DNA of 64,000 nucleotides. Source: Candidatus Freyarchaeum deiterrae (GTDB taxonomy: Archaea; Asgardarchaeota; Jordiarchaeia; Jordiarchaeales; Jordiarchaeaceae). The stretch lies in assembly GCA_037305845.1 (NCBI GenBank), contig CP147778.1, positions 868,783-932,782 of the forward strand. Reading direction: 5' to 3'. Numbering within the stretch: position 1 is the stretch's first letter; every line of letters starts with the position of its first letter. A program made the position numbers and the translations under genes. Shown piece after piece: positions 19,014 through 27,480 of the stretch. The notes below the pieces were generated by a model. It searched no databases. It saw nothing but the letters and a program-made list of their open reading frames with translations, and had not been told where the DNA came from.

Positions 19014-19654
19014 TTTACCACCTCTCTAACAATTTCCCTAACAGTCTTTGGATACTTCTCAGAATACTTCTTGATTTTTGCTCTTGAAACATTCTTCGCC
19101 CAATCTTCAACATCCAAAATTATCTTATTTCTCGGCACTCCGTTGTACCTCCACACGTAGATGAAGTCAAGAATAGTTTTCTCAACATCAGAGTACCTCA
19201 AGCGGTCCTCCACCGTTACACCGAATTCCAACAACTCGGGCGCAAGCTTAACGAATTTGAACTTGTAGCCCGCAATGTTCACCGGCTTAGCGCGAAAAAT
19301 CCGGTCATTAACAACGTGGTCAACGGCAAAATGTTCGTGAGTCACGTTATTCAGCTTCAAGGCGGTGTATAAGCCGAAATACCAGTTCTTAACATTTTTT
19401 AGCTCCATTCCTTTAGCAACCAGCTCCAGATGACTGTATTTGGTTTTACCCAGCTCAATCTCATCCAAAGCTTTAACATAAAAGATTCCTCGAAAAATCC
19501 GTACTAGGTAACCTCTCGAAATAAAGTGTCTAATGGCTATCTCATAGTCAAGATTCATTGAGCCGCAGTACCGCTTGAGTTCCGTAGAGGTCACAAACTC
19601 CTTTCCTTCCATGCGAAGCTTCCTGAGCAAAAGGTTCGTTTTCATACATATCAC
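19010..19654 (-). CDS. abiEi: AbiEi-like antitoxin / wHTH transcriptional regulator (type IV TA)
   Basis: N-terminal wHTH ending in the family-typical LVRIFRGIFYV. Its size and its position immediately upstream of, and overlapping, the DUF1814 gene also fit. Confidence 0.7.
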   Translation of the reverse strand: MICMKTNLLLRKLRMEGKEFVTSTELKRYCGSMNLDYEIAIRHFISRGYLVRIFRGIFYVKALDEIELGKTKYSHLELVAKGMELKNVKNWYFGLYTALKLNNVTHEHFAVDHVVNDRIFRAKPVNIAGYKFKFVKLAPELLEFGVTVEDRLRYSDVEKTILDFIYVWRYNGVPRNKIILDVEDWAKNVSRAKIKKYSEKYPKTVREIVREVVK

Positions 19655-19866
19655 AAAGTCACAGAAATGTGATATTATAATATATATCAGAAAGTAATAT
19701 AAATTCTTATTCCCAACCAGAAAATTCGCTTACCAGCATCCTTGGCATAGGTGTTCAATCACTCAATAGATAACGACCATCACCCAATTACCATCATCGC
19801 TAAAAAGGATAATATCATAATAGAACACTGGGACATAAAAAAGGAACCATTAGAAACGTTGAAGCT

Positions 19867-19935
19867 ATGAAATATGACACATTGTCCATCAAGAGGGAGA
19901 ATGCCGCTATAGAAACTTTTTTTAAGAACCATTAG
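19867..19935 (+). pseudogene. 22-codon remnant of the 110-aa paralog family (right arm of the inverted repeat)
   Basis: ATG AAA TAT GAC ACA TTG TCC ATC AAG AGG GAG AAT GCC ... TAG encodes MKYDTLSIKRENAAIETFFKNH*. It is nearly identical at DNA level to the 5' end of 17711..18049 and sits 13 nt upstream of the intact copy. Confidence 0.7.
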
Positions 19936-19948
19936 GAATTCAAAAATT

Positions 19949-20278
19949 ATGAAATACGATGTATTATCAATTGAGAGGAAGAATGCCGAAATTCTGATCA
20001 ATGCTTTCAAGCAGAAGTTTCAACCATCATTTGAATACACTTCAAAATCAGGAAATGTTAAAATTCTGGTTTTAGAAAAATTCGGTTTAAACGGTGCTTA
20101 TATGGCCGCGACCGTGTTATTCGATTCCAAAGATAATGACTCATGCATTATAAACATAGTTGTTACTGGTGGAAAAAAGGGCAGCGGTGGGAGCTTCGGG
20201 AGCCAAGAAAAAATGTTAAATGAAATCAAGCGCTTTTTACAGAAATCTGGTTGTGAAAAATCATGGAAAGAAGTTTGA
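19949..20278 (+). CDS. Hypothetical ~110-aa protein, paralog of 17711..18049
   Basis: See 17711..18049. Same length and a conserved N-terminal half. Gly-rich VTGGKKGSGGSFGS. Confidence 0.6.
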   Translation: MKYDVLSIERKNAEILINAFKQKFQPSFEYTSKSGNVKILVLEKFGLNGAYMAATVLFDSKDNDSCIINIVVTGGKKGSGGSFGSQEKMLNEIKRFLQKSGCEKSWKEV

Positions 20279-20300
20279 AATCCGAATATTAATTAAAAAT

Positions 20301-20594
20301 TCAGCCTCCGGCAATAGCCGTAGTCAAATCTACTCTAGAGTTCTCTCTTAGCACGACCTTGTCATAACCACCCAGAGCCATAGGGTCCTCGCCGTCAACA
20401 ACAACCAAAACCAAGGGTTTGAGTTCTTTCTCCTTCTTATCCCACAACTTATCGTACAAGTCATCCCTCTTATGCTTCTCAACAATCAGATTCATCAAAT
20501 CTATGAACACAGAACCCTCCGGCAAAACATACTCCTCCGTAGAAGTTCCAGCGAACTCCTTAATCACACCATAGTACTTGACAAAAACTCTCAT
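20301..20594 (-). CDS. MoaD/ThiS-family ubiquitin-like protein (C-terminal Gly-Gly)
   Basis: MRVFVKYYGVIKEFAG start typical of MoaD and a C-terminus ending ...TAIAGG. I prefer the internal Met (20594) over the track start at 20627, which adds an Arg/Cys-rich leader. Confidence 0.7.
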   Translation of the reverse strand: MRVFVKYYGVIKEFAGTSTEEYVLPEGSVFIDLMNLIVEKHKRDDLYDKLWDKKEKELKPLVLVVVDGEDPMALGGYDKVVLRENSRVDLTTAIAGG

Positions 20595-20710
20595 TCTGCA
20601 TCGCTGCCTCCTTAAAATCTTTAACAAACCTCAAGACTGGCATAAATTTGATACTGTATGTATTGACAATTCATCAAGATAACTTCATAGTACCAAATGC
20701 TACTCGTTTT

Positions 20711-21451
20711 TTATATGACCTTCAAAGAAGCAATATAATAATATCCCGCTGGTGCATTATTCTGTGCCGTTTCATCGCTTATGAATTCAATGTTTTTACC
20801 AAAATGTTTTGCAGCTATCCACAAGTGGCAAAGAGCTATACCAATACTAATCGCGTTCATTTTTTTAAGCATAATTGACTTAACACAATATGCATGAAGT
20901 AAGTCTCTACTACCCGTAAAAAACCAAGGCTGACTGTTCGTTCCGGATGGGGCAAGGCGAGCAGGTTCCAACAACTCATCCATACCATTAATGTTACTTA
21001 TCTGTCCAAGAGGTTTTCTCTTAAATTCCGAAACACGCTCTCTATGCAATGGTTCTTTAGGCTTCCCAAAAGCTAATACAATGACAAATTCAAGCTTTGA
21101 ATTGCTCAATATTTCTTTGGTCGGTTTTTGCAGTCCTCGCCAACAGGCACCGATACCGTTAGCTGAAAGGAACAAATCAATCTGCTGCAGCATAAAGCCT
21201 ACATTTTCCAAATAACCGTCTTTAGTTTCGGAAAATGCAACAATATAATGGGGTGCTGGTGATCCCAACAAACCTTTAACATCTTTTTGTGATACAATTT
21301 TCATTTCGGTTTTGATGTTACCATACATCGGGCTTAAGGTGCTCATATAAGTTGAAATCTCCGCCAGAGTATCCTCATCAAGCGGAGTCAAATCATATTT
21401 TCTGATCGATTTGCGCTTAAATATTGTTTCGTAAAGGTCTGTACTTTCCAT
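20711..21451 (-). CDS. Nitroreductase-family flavoprotein
   Basis: IFKRKSIRKYD N-terminal signature and PSGTNSQPW segment typical of the nitroreductase fold. Confidence 0.8.
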   Translation of the reverse strand: MESTDLYETIFKRKSIRKYDLTPLDEDTLAEISTYMSTLSPMYGNIKTEMKIVSQKDVKGLLGSPAPHYIVAFSETKDGYLENVGFMLQQIDLFLSANGIGACWRGLQKPTKEILSNSKLEFVIVLAFGKPKEPLHRERVSEFKRKPLGQISNINGMDELLEPARLAPSGTNSQPWFFTGSRDLLHAYCVKSIMLKKMNAISIGIALCHLWIAAKHFGKNIEFISDETAQNNAPAGYYYIASLKVI

Positions 21452-21648
21452 TGTTTTACCTCCTCCTTAGATATTATTATCTTTAGGCAATTATTAGAGC
21501 AGAATTTAATCGTTCATTTTTTCTTAATAAGACTTTTCCTTATATGTTTCTGTCGGTGAATGGTTATTCTCTAAACAAACAAAACCAGCAAAAAACAATA
21601 AAAAAATAAACGAAATAAAAGAAAAAAGAGAGGGTTTTCAGTTTAAAC

Positions 21649-23520
21649 TTATTCGCCCCATAGATCCTTAGCCACATCGGGCAAACCAAGCAGTATCAAT
21701 CTATCCTTCTCTGGAATAGCGTCCTCAGTCCATCCACGAAAAGCATAGTACTGTTCCATCATCTCTTTCATCGGCGGAACTTTGCCCTTCTGACTGCCCT
21801 CTTTGGTGGGCGTCAAAAGCCTTGGCGGAAGCTTATTGTCTTTATCACGCATTCCTACACGTACGTTATAGGCCCACTTAAGATTGTACAATTTATCTGC
21901 AGTAATGTTCAAGTAGAGCTCGTCAGTCGCCCAACCGCAACAATTCTTAAAGGCTTCAATAAAAGTCGTTATTCCAAAGGGCATAGCTCCGAAAAAGCAT
22001 AGTACTGATGATCCTAGTAATGCGAATAGGTCTTGTACTATTGCGGTGATTTCGCCCTTTCTTGCGGGGTCGAATCTTCCTGTTCTTTTCAGCAATCCTG
22101 CGGAGGCGTTTAGTATTCCCATGTCTGATATGCAGGCGTATCCGGTTACGTGGCATGCTCCTCTGTGTGAGGTGGCGTATTCTACTCCCATTGAGTAGAA
22201 TGCTCGGGGGTCGTGTCCGGGGGCTTCGAGTCCTTTGACTGTTGTGAGGAATTCGTGTCCTTTACCCAGTTTGTCAGCTGCTGCTTGTGAGCCGTCACCT
22301 AGGAGTACTCCTGCTTTTCCTTCTCTCTTGACTATCTTCTCTGTTATCTCAAGCATTGCTTCAGCGTCTCCCCATTTTAGGGCTATTCCGTCGAGGTCAT
22401 TCTTTTTTATTATTCCCTTCTCGAGTGCTTCAGTCGCCCAGGCGATTGTTGACCCTGTGGATATGGTGTCTACTCCATAGTCGTTGCAGAGCTGGTTCGC
22501 CATAGATATTGCTTTAAGGTCGTCTATGAGTAGCATGGAGCCGAATGTTACACAGGTTTCATATTCTGGTCCCGGGCCTTCGAACTCGAAGGGTTCTTTA
22601 ATTTCTATCCATCTGCCGCATCTTATGGGGCAGCCGAAGCAGCCAGTTCCTCTCTTAAGTATGGTATTAGCCATTTCCCCTCCGCCAATCTTGGTTGTTC
22701 CTTCCCATTCTCCCAGTTGCCAGTTTTTGATCGGAATGTCTCCCATGGGGGCCATGGAGTCCATCATATATTCGGTTCCGTATTTTTGCATTCCTGATAC
22801 TAGCATGGGTCCGACAGAGCTGGGTGACCCCTTCGGAATAATCAATTGGGTGAGTCTTTTGATTTGTTCTTTTACTGCTCCAGAGTCTGCCCACTGTATT
22901 TCTCCGGTTCCTCTCACGGCTATGGCTTTGAAGTTTTTGCTTCCCATCACTGCCCCGGAGCCGCCTCTTCCTAAGGCTCGGGCTTCATCGTTTAGAATGT
23001 TAGCTAGTTTTGATTGCTTCTCGCCGGCTGGTCCTATGCATAGGACTCTGGCTTTTTTCTCTCCGGTTTCTTCTTGGATCATTTCTTGGGTTTTGAAGGT
23101 TCCTTGTCCCCATATGCCAGAGGCGTCTCTGAGTTCTTTTTGAGCGTCTTTTATCCAGAGGTATACTGGTTTGTCGGATTTTCCTTCGATGATTATTCCG
23201 TCGTATCCTGCTCTTTTCATTTCTATAGCGAAGTAGCCGCCGGAGCTTGCTTCTCCGTAGCCGTGCGAGATTGGTGATTTGAATACTACGGTGAATCTTG
23301 AGCTGCAGGGTAAGCCGCCTGAAAGTGGTCCTGTGAAGAAGTAGAGTTTGTTTCTCTCGTCGAGTTCATCAATGTCTGGGGGGACTTCGTCGTAGAGTAG
23401 TCGGGCTCCGAATCCGCTTCCTCCGAGCCAGTTTTTCGCCCATTGCTCATCTAATGGTACTTCTTTTATTGTTCCCTCTGAGAGGTTTACTCTTAGGTAT
23501 TTACCCATCCATCCGAACAT
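21649..23520 (-). CDS. Tungsten aldehyde:ferredoxin oxidoreductase (AOR family)
   Basis: N-terminal GKYLRVNLSEGTI, GGSGFGARLLY, GRGGSGAVMGSKNFKAI and the C-terminal pterin-binding domains. 623 aa as expected. Confidence 0.9.
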   Translation of the reverse strand: MFGWMGKYLRVNLSEGTIKEVPLDEQWAKNWLGGSGFGARLLYDEVPPDIDELDERNKLYFFTGPLSGGLPCSSRFTVVFKSPISHGYGEASSGGYFAIEMKRAGYDGIIIEGKSDKPVYLWIKDAQKELRDASGIWGQGTFKTQEMIQEETGEKKARVLCIGPAGEKQSKLANILNDEARALGRGGSGAVMGSKNFKAIAVRGTGEIQWADSGAVKEQIKRLTQLIIPKGSPSSVGPMLVSGMQKYGTEYMMDSMAPMGDIPIKNWQLGEWEGTTKIGGGEMANTILKRGTGCFGCPIRCGRWIEIKEPFEFEGPGPEYETCVTFGSMLLIDDLKAISMANQLCNDYGVDTISTGSTIAWATEALEKGIIKKNDLDGIALKWGDAEAMLEITEKIVKREGKAGVLLGDGSQAAADKLGKGHEFLTTVKGLEAPGHDPRAFYSMGVEYATSHRGACHVTGYACISDMGILNASAGLLKRTGRFDPARKGEITAIVQDLFALLGSSVLCFFGAMPFGITTFIEAFKNCCGWATDELYLNITADKLYNLKWAYNVRVGMRDKDNKLPPRLLTPTKEGSQKGKVPPMKEMMEQYYAFRGWTEDAIPEKDRLILLGLPDVAKDLWGE

Positions 23521-23527
23521 CTCTCTT

Positions 23528-24850
23528 TCACCTCACTTTTGTTATGTCGGGTTCCTCCACGCGTTTAAATCCTTCTTTAGGAACTGGGTCTATCTTCTTG
23601 TAGAACCTTCTTAGAACAAGTCCCGCGGGTTGCTGGTGCAGGAAGGTTGGTTTTGCTGATTCCATGGGTTCAATGTCTTTGAGCTCGTAATCCTTACTAC
23701 CTAAGCCGATTTCTTGTCCTACGTTACACTGTATGTCCTCGCTTACACCCAAGAATGAACCTGAAACAGAAAACTTTGGTCTCCCTTTAGTTGCATCTTT
23801 CTCCTCGGCTACAGAACCAGGCATTGCTATTGATTTAACAGCCATGTCTAAGCAAGCTCGGTCTATAGCAACGGGATCTTTACTGGCGAAGATTCCCATG
23901 TTGGGAATGATGGCGCGGTCGGAATAAGGAATACAGTCACACCAAGGTGTGCTGTCTAATCCAAAGTTTAGGAATCCCACTTTTCCTGGCTCAAATGTGT
24001 TCATACAGGCTTTTGCCGAATCAGCCACTGCGACGCAAGTAGCTTCAAACCAGTCTATTAATTTCAAGTTCGCGAAAACTCCGCAATCCAGAGTCGTGAA
24101 CATGTGACATGTGCAACCATTGCAGAGTTCCTTAATGAATTCAATAGGCCCCTTTTCCGGAACGACCAGCGCCCCTTCAGGACAGATAGAATTACACGTC
24201 TCCCACTTCGAGCATTCCCTGCCGCCACAATAACCGGGTATGTATTCCATCGTTTGCATGCCTAGGACTGGATGAGCTCCCATGTGAAGGTTGTATTTCC
24301 CTCTCTTAGATGCACACCCCACACCAACGTTTTTAATGGCTCCACCAAAGACTCCCCATGGGTGTCCCTTGAAGTGGCTTAGGACTATCATGGAGTCAGC
24401 GCATGCTACTGCTGTTGCTACGTATTGTTCTTTGAGTATGTATCCTTCGGGTAGGTCTATTCTGACATCGTCGGTTCCTAGGAATCCGTCTCCGACTATC
24501 ACTGGGCATCCTACTGTTCCGGAGTTGAATCCGTTTCTTTCAGCGGTCATGTAGAGGTCCCAGCCGTTTGTTCGGAAGCAGAAGGGTGCGTATGGTAGTG
24601 TGGTTGTTTCGACTACGAATGGTCTCCCTCCGAGTTCTTTTACTTTGTCTACTATTGCTCTTACGTAAACTGGTCTGAGATAGCCGGTGTTGTTCCATTC
24701 TCCCAAGTGGGCTTTTATTACTACATAGTCATCTTTGTCTATGCACTCGTTTAGTTTGGCTTCGTTGAATAGATGTAGTGCTTTTGCAACTAGGCTGGTA
24801 GAAGTTCCATAAGCTCTATCATCCATATGCAATACTTCAGATTTTGCCAT
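23528..24850 (-). CDS. DUF362 domain protein with a Cys-rich Fe-S insert
   Basis: DDYVVIKAHLGEWNNTGYLRPVYVRAIVDKVKELGGRPFVVETTT is typical of DUF362. Has a cysteine cluster CGGRECSKWETCNSICPEG. Ends 7 nt upstream of the AOR gene. Confidence 0.7.
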   Translation of the reverse strand: MAKSEVLHMDDRAYGTSTSLVAKALHLFNEAKLNECIDKDDYVVIKAHLGEWNNTGYLRPVYVRAIVDKVKELGGRPFVVETTTLPYAPFCFRTNGWDLYMTAERNGFNSGTVGCPVIVGDGFLGTDDVRIDLPEGYILKEQYVATAVACADSMIVLSHFKGHPWGVFGGAIKNVGVGCASKRGKYNLHMGAHPVLGMQTMEYIPGYCGGRECSKWETCNSICPEGALVVPEKGPIEFIKELCNGCTCHMFTTLDCGVFANLKLIDWFEATCVAVADSAKACMNTFEPGKVGFLNFGLDSTPWCDCIPYSDRAIIPNMGIFASKDPVAIDRACLDMAVKSIAMPGSVAEEKDATKGRPKFSVSGSFLGVSEDIQCNVGQEIGLGSKDYELKDIEPMESAKPTFLHQQPAGLVLRRFYKKIDPVPKEGFKRVEEPDITKVR

Positions 24851-25060
24851 CTTTTACTCTCCCTTTCATAAATATTTTCAAAATTCGTCATTTTTTATAA
24901 ATTTGTTATGTATTGACTTGATTTTTCTAATTCTTAAATTTTATTCTGCAATTGTCGTATTTTTTTGTCGGGTTGAAGATAAAAGTAGATTAGTGTTGTG
25001 TTTCCAATATTATATTATACTTTTTCTCAGTTTTTGAAACAGAACGATTTATTTTCGAGT

Positions 25061-25951
25061 CTACATGCACCTGTAGAGTTGGATGAGGGGTGTCACATCG
25101 TTTAGTGCCGCTTCAAGGCTTATGGAGGAGTATTGGTCTATTTGATATTGTTCATCATCATCTTTCTTTATTACGTTGTGTTTTTCTAGGAGTTCTAACG
25201 CTTCTGCTGCGCTTTCGAAAAGGTTGGAGTTTTTTGTTTGGTTTATTGTTTGATGTTGTAGTATTTGGAGTGCTGTTACTTCTAGTTTCTCTTGGCGTAT
25301 TTCTTTGAGAGCTAGTATTATGTTTTTGGGGGGTGGGGTTCCTGCTTTCCAAATGAACGTTTCTTTTCCTAGCCCTTGTAGACTGATTATTTTGTTGTCG
25401 TGAAGTTCTTTTATGAGCAGCTTGGGGTTATCGGTGAAGTTTTGGGTGAGCTTAATGATATCTTCCGTGTTTGCCGGGTTAGGGGAGTGAAGTATTGCAT
25501 CGAATACTTTTCTAAGTTCGCTCCAGTCTTTGTGGTTTCCTTGGAGTAGAAAACCGCTGTATTTCAGAACCGAGATTTTTCCGTTTTTCACTATGATGGG
25601 GTTCAGTTCATTCTCGACTTTTGTGAGAAGATCCTTGAAAACTCCATTTCCGTTTGGAGTTACTCCGGTTATCTCTGTTACCAGTTCGGGAAGTTCAGCG
25701 GGTATGTTTAGAAGCCTAGCGGCTCTGGCAGTGATTGATTCTATTCCATTTGAGAAGAAAACGTCTATGAGTTTCCTCACATGGTAGGTGGGAAGGATGG
25801 ATTTTTTTTCATAGAATTTTTTTATGCACTGGTCAATGAATTTTCTTCGGAGTGTTTCCCCTATTTTTAGGGAGGGAAAAAGTGTGGTGAATGCTACCGC
25901 ATCCCTGTTTGCTCGAATGAAGCTCAGTGAACCAGATTGTTCAGGGTGCAA
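25061..25951 (-). CDS. ORFan, 296 aa, last gene of the HerA-NurA transcription unit
   Basis: Long uninterrupted ORF on the same strand as NurA/HerA, with a mixed alpha/beta composition. I recognise no motif. Confidence 0.55.
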   Translation of the reverse strand: MHPEQSGSLSFIRANRDAVAFTTLFPSLKIGETLRRKFIDQCIKKFYEKKSILPTYHVRKLIDVFFSNGIESITARAARLLNIPAELPELVTEITGVTPNGNGVFKDLLTKVENELNPIIVKNGKISVLKYSGFLLQGNHKDWSELRKVFDAILHSPNPANTEDIIKLTQNFTDNPKLLIKELHDNKIISLQGLGKETFIWKAGTPPPKNIILALKEIRQEKLEVTALQILQHQTINQTKNSNLFESAAEALELLEKHNVIKKDDDEQYQIDQYSSISLEAALNDVTPLIQLYRCM

Positions 25952-26019
25952 AGTTAAACCCCCTTATAATTTCTTATACTCCAAATCACCTCTACTCCGC
26001 AAGGAAGCCCACTAACTTT

Positions 26020-26260
26020 AGTTAAGGCTCGAGAAATTGCGGATTTATGGGGTGGGGCTTTCATTGTCTATAAGGTCTGGTGACCCACAAACCAGTTTAA
26101 CCCCTTCGACAAGCCGAGCCGGACCTTAGCTACCCCTAGGCGCCACGTATTGAGTAGTTCTGCCGAAGGGAAGCGGGACTAGACCGCATATCCCGCCGTT
26201 CTCGTAGCCCGAGGTGGGCAATCGTTTGAAACTACAATGTCCGGTTAAGATTTGCGTTTT
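26020..26260. ncRNA. GC-rich structured non-coding island (candidate ncRNA, class and strand undetermined)
   Basis: The 317-bp gap between ORFs holds no ORF of 60 aa or more. Hand count for 26101-26220 is 75/120 G+C, versus 14/60 in spacer 29161-29220. Nested complementarities: ggctcgag 26026-33 / ctcgtagcc 26201-09, ctggt 26077-81 / accag 26091-95, gtagtt 26154-59 / aactac 26230-35, gcggga 26173-78 / tcccgc 26191-96. Confidence 0.55.
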
Positions 26261-26268
26261 TACAATCA

Positions 26269-27480
26269 TTACAAGCCCGCACGATTTGGCCGTAGGTTCT
26301 TGATGTCTATCCCGTGTTTTGGTTTAAATAGGCGATAAAACTTTTTTGGGGATATGTTGTTTTGTCTGGCTATTTTAACTATTTTGGCTAGTAGTTCATC
26401 TGCTAGAAAGTTGGGTAAATCTGTTTCTATGAGGCTGAAGGCGTGAGCGAATTCCAGTGACCAGGGTATATTGTTTAGGTTATTTGCCTGGTGGTAAATG
26501 GCTGAGCATATGTATTCAAGCTGCTTCTCGCTTTCAGCCAAACTCTTGTGTATTTCTACTCTGATAGGGAGCGCGTCCTTGTGAGGTTTTATGTAGAAAA
26601 ATCTCTGCTCCGCAAGAAATCTGGAATATCTCGCCCCAAAAATATTCCTTTGTGCCAGCATTGACCACAGGCCGCTCATTTGCGGGACTGTTATGTGGAG
26701 TTCCTCCGGATTACACGGCTGGAGAATTGAATCCAGAAGATTTACATCGTTTATTCTTCCGTAAATACCGCTCAGCCAAGAGGATACGTTTCTGTAATTT
26801 GCGATAAAATCCATGGAGTGGGGAGACTTTATTACAAACGCGTGGAGCGTGTCTAAGAGTTTTTCTGCCAGTATGTCCGCGGTGCCGTTGCTTCCATAAA
26901 TTTTTTCAAAAACTATTTGGTACTCCTGTTGAACCTCTCTCGCCCGATTACTGAAAGCTTTTGTGTCCGCTGGGCCGTATGGCAGGAGATCGTATTGGGG
27001 AAGAAAGGGACCGTCCAGCAAAACTAGATCGTAACTGTTACCTTCGAGTGTCCTAAGGGTGACTAGCCGCTCCAAATACTGTCGGGATACCGCCTGGATT
27101 CGCTCAACATCCTCGTCCACTAATCCCATGACTGGTATACATTTTCCAATGACATAGGGATTCTGTGCTACCGGATTGTTGCATTTGAAGGTGATGCCCG
27201 CAGCGGAAACCACTATGAGATCCAAGCCCGCTCTCTGGCTTCTATTGGAAGAGCCGTCAACTGCTAGTGTAACAGCGTCTCTCGCTGAGAGATTGGTTCT
27301 GAGTTTTAGTGTTTCAAGCTCCTTGTTCTCATTTAGGTTTTCAACTGCCTCGAGTAGTTCCAGATACATATCGTAGAATCTATGAACTTCGGATTCGAGT
27401 ACATCAAGTGTTTGATGAAAGAGTTCTCCCCTATGTTTTTTATTACTCTCCTCTTCCAAGAATTTTAATAGGTCGGTCAA
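26269..27480 (-). CDS. nurA: NurA-domain nuclease
   Basis: LAVDGSSNRS and LVLLDGPFLPQ acidic motifs characteristic of NurA. 4-bp overlap with the upstream HerA-like ATPase gene. Confidence 0.75.
   Translation of the reverse strand: MTDLLKFLEEESNKKHRGELFHQTLDVLESEVHRFYDMYLELLEAVENLNENKELETLKLRTNLSARDAVTLAVDGSSNRSQRAGLDLIVVSAAGITFKCNNPVAQNPYVIGKCIPVMGLVDEDVERIQAVSRQYLERLVTLRTLEGNSYDLVLLDGPFLPQYDLLPYGPADTKAFSNRAREVQQEYQIVFEKIYGSNGTADILAEKLLDTLHAFVIKSPHSMDFIANYRNVSSWLSGIYGRINDVNLLDSILQPCNPEELHITVPQMSGLWSMLAQRNIFGARYSRFLAEQRFFYIKPHKDALPIRVEIHKSLAESEKQLEYICSAIYHQANNLNNIPWSLEFAHAFSLIETDLPNFLADELLAKIVKIARQNNISPKKFYRLFKPKHGIDIKNLRPNRAGL

Noticed and set aside
22484-23143. 219-aa ORF (and several 60-80-aa ORFs) antisense to the AOR gene at 21649..23520
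   Set aside because: The opposite strand encodes a full-length AOR with conserved motifs. The antisense product is Pro/Ser-rich with no motif.
25952-26268. Identification of the GC-rich island as SRP (7S) RNA or RNase P RNA
   Set aside because: The size (~300 nt) and a GAAG loop followed by GGAAGC looked SRP-like at first. However, the universally conserved helix-8 AGG/GGAGCA loop is absent on both strands. The RNase P CR-I (GGAAAGUCC) and CR-V (ACAGAA..GGCUUA) are not present contiguously. It is kept only as an unclassified structured-RNA candidate.
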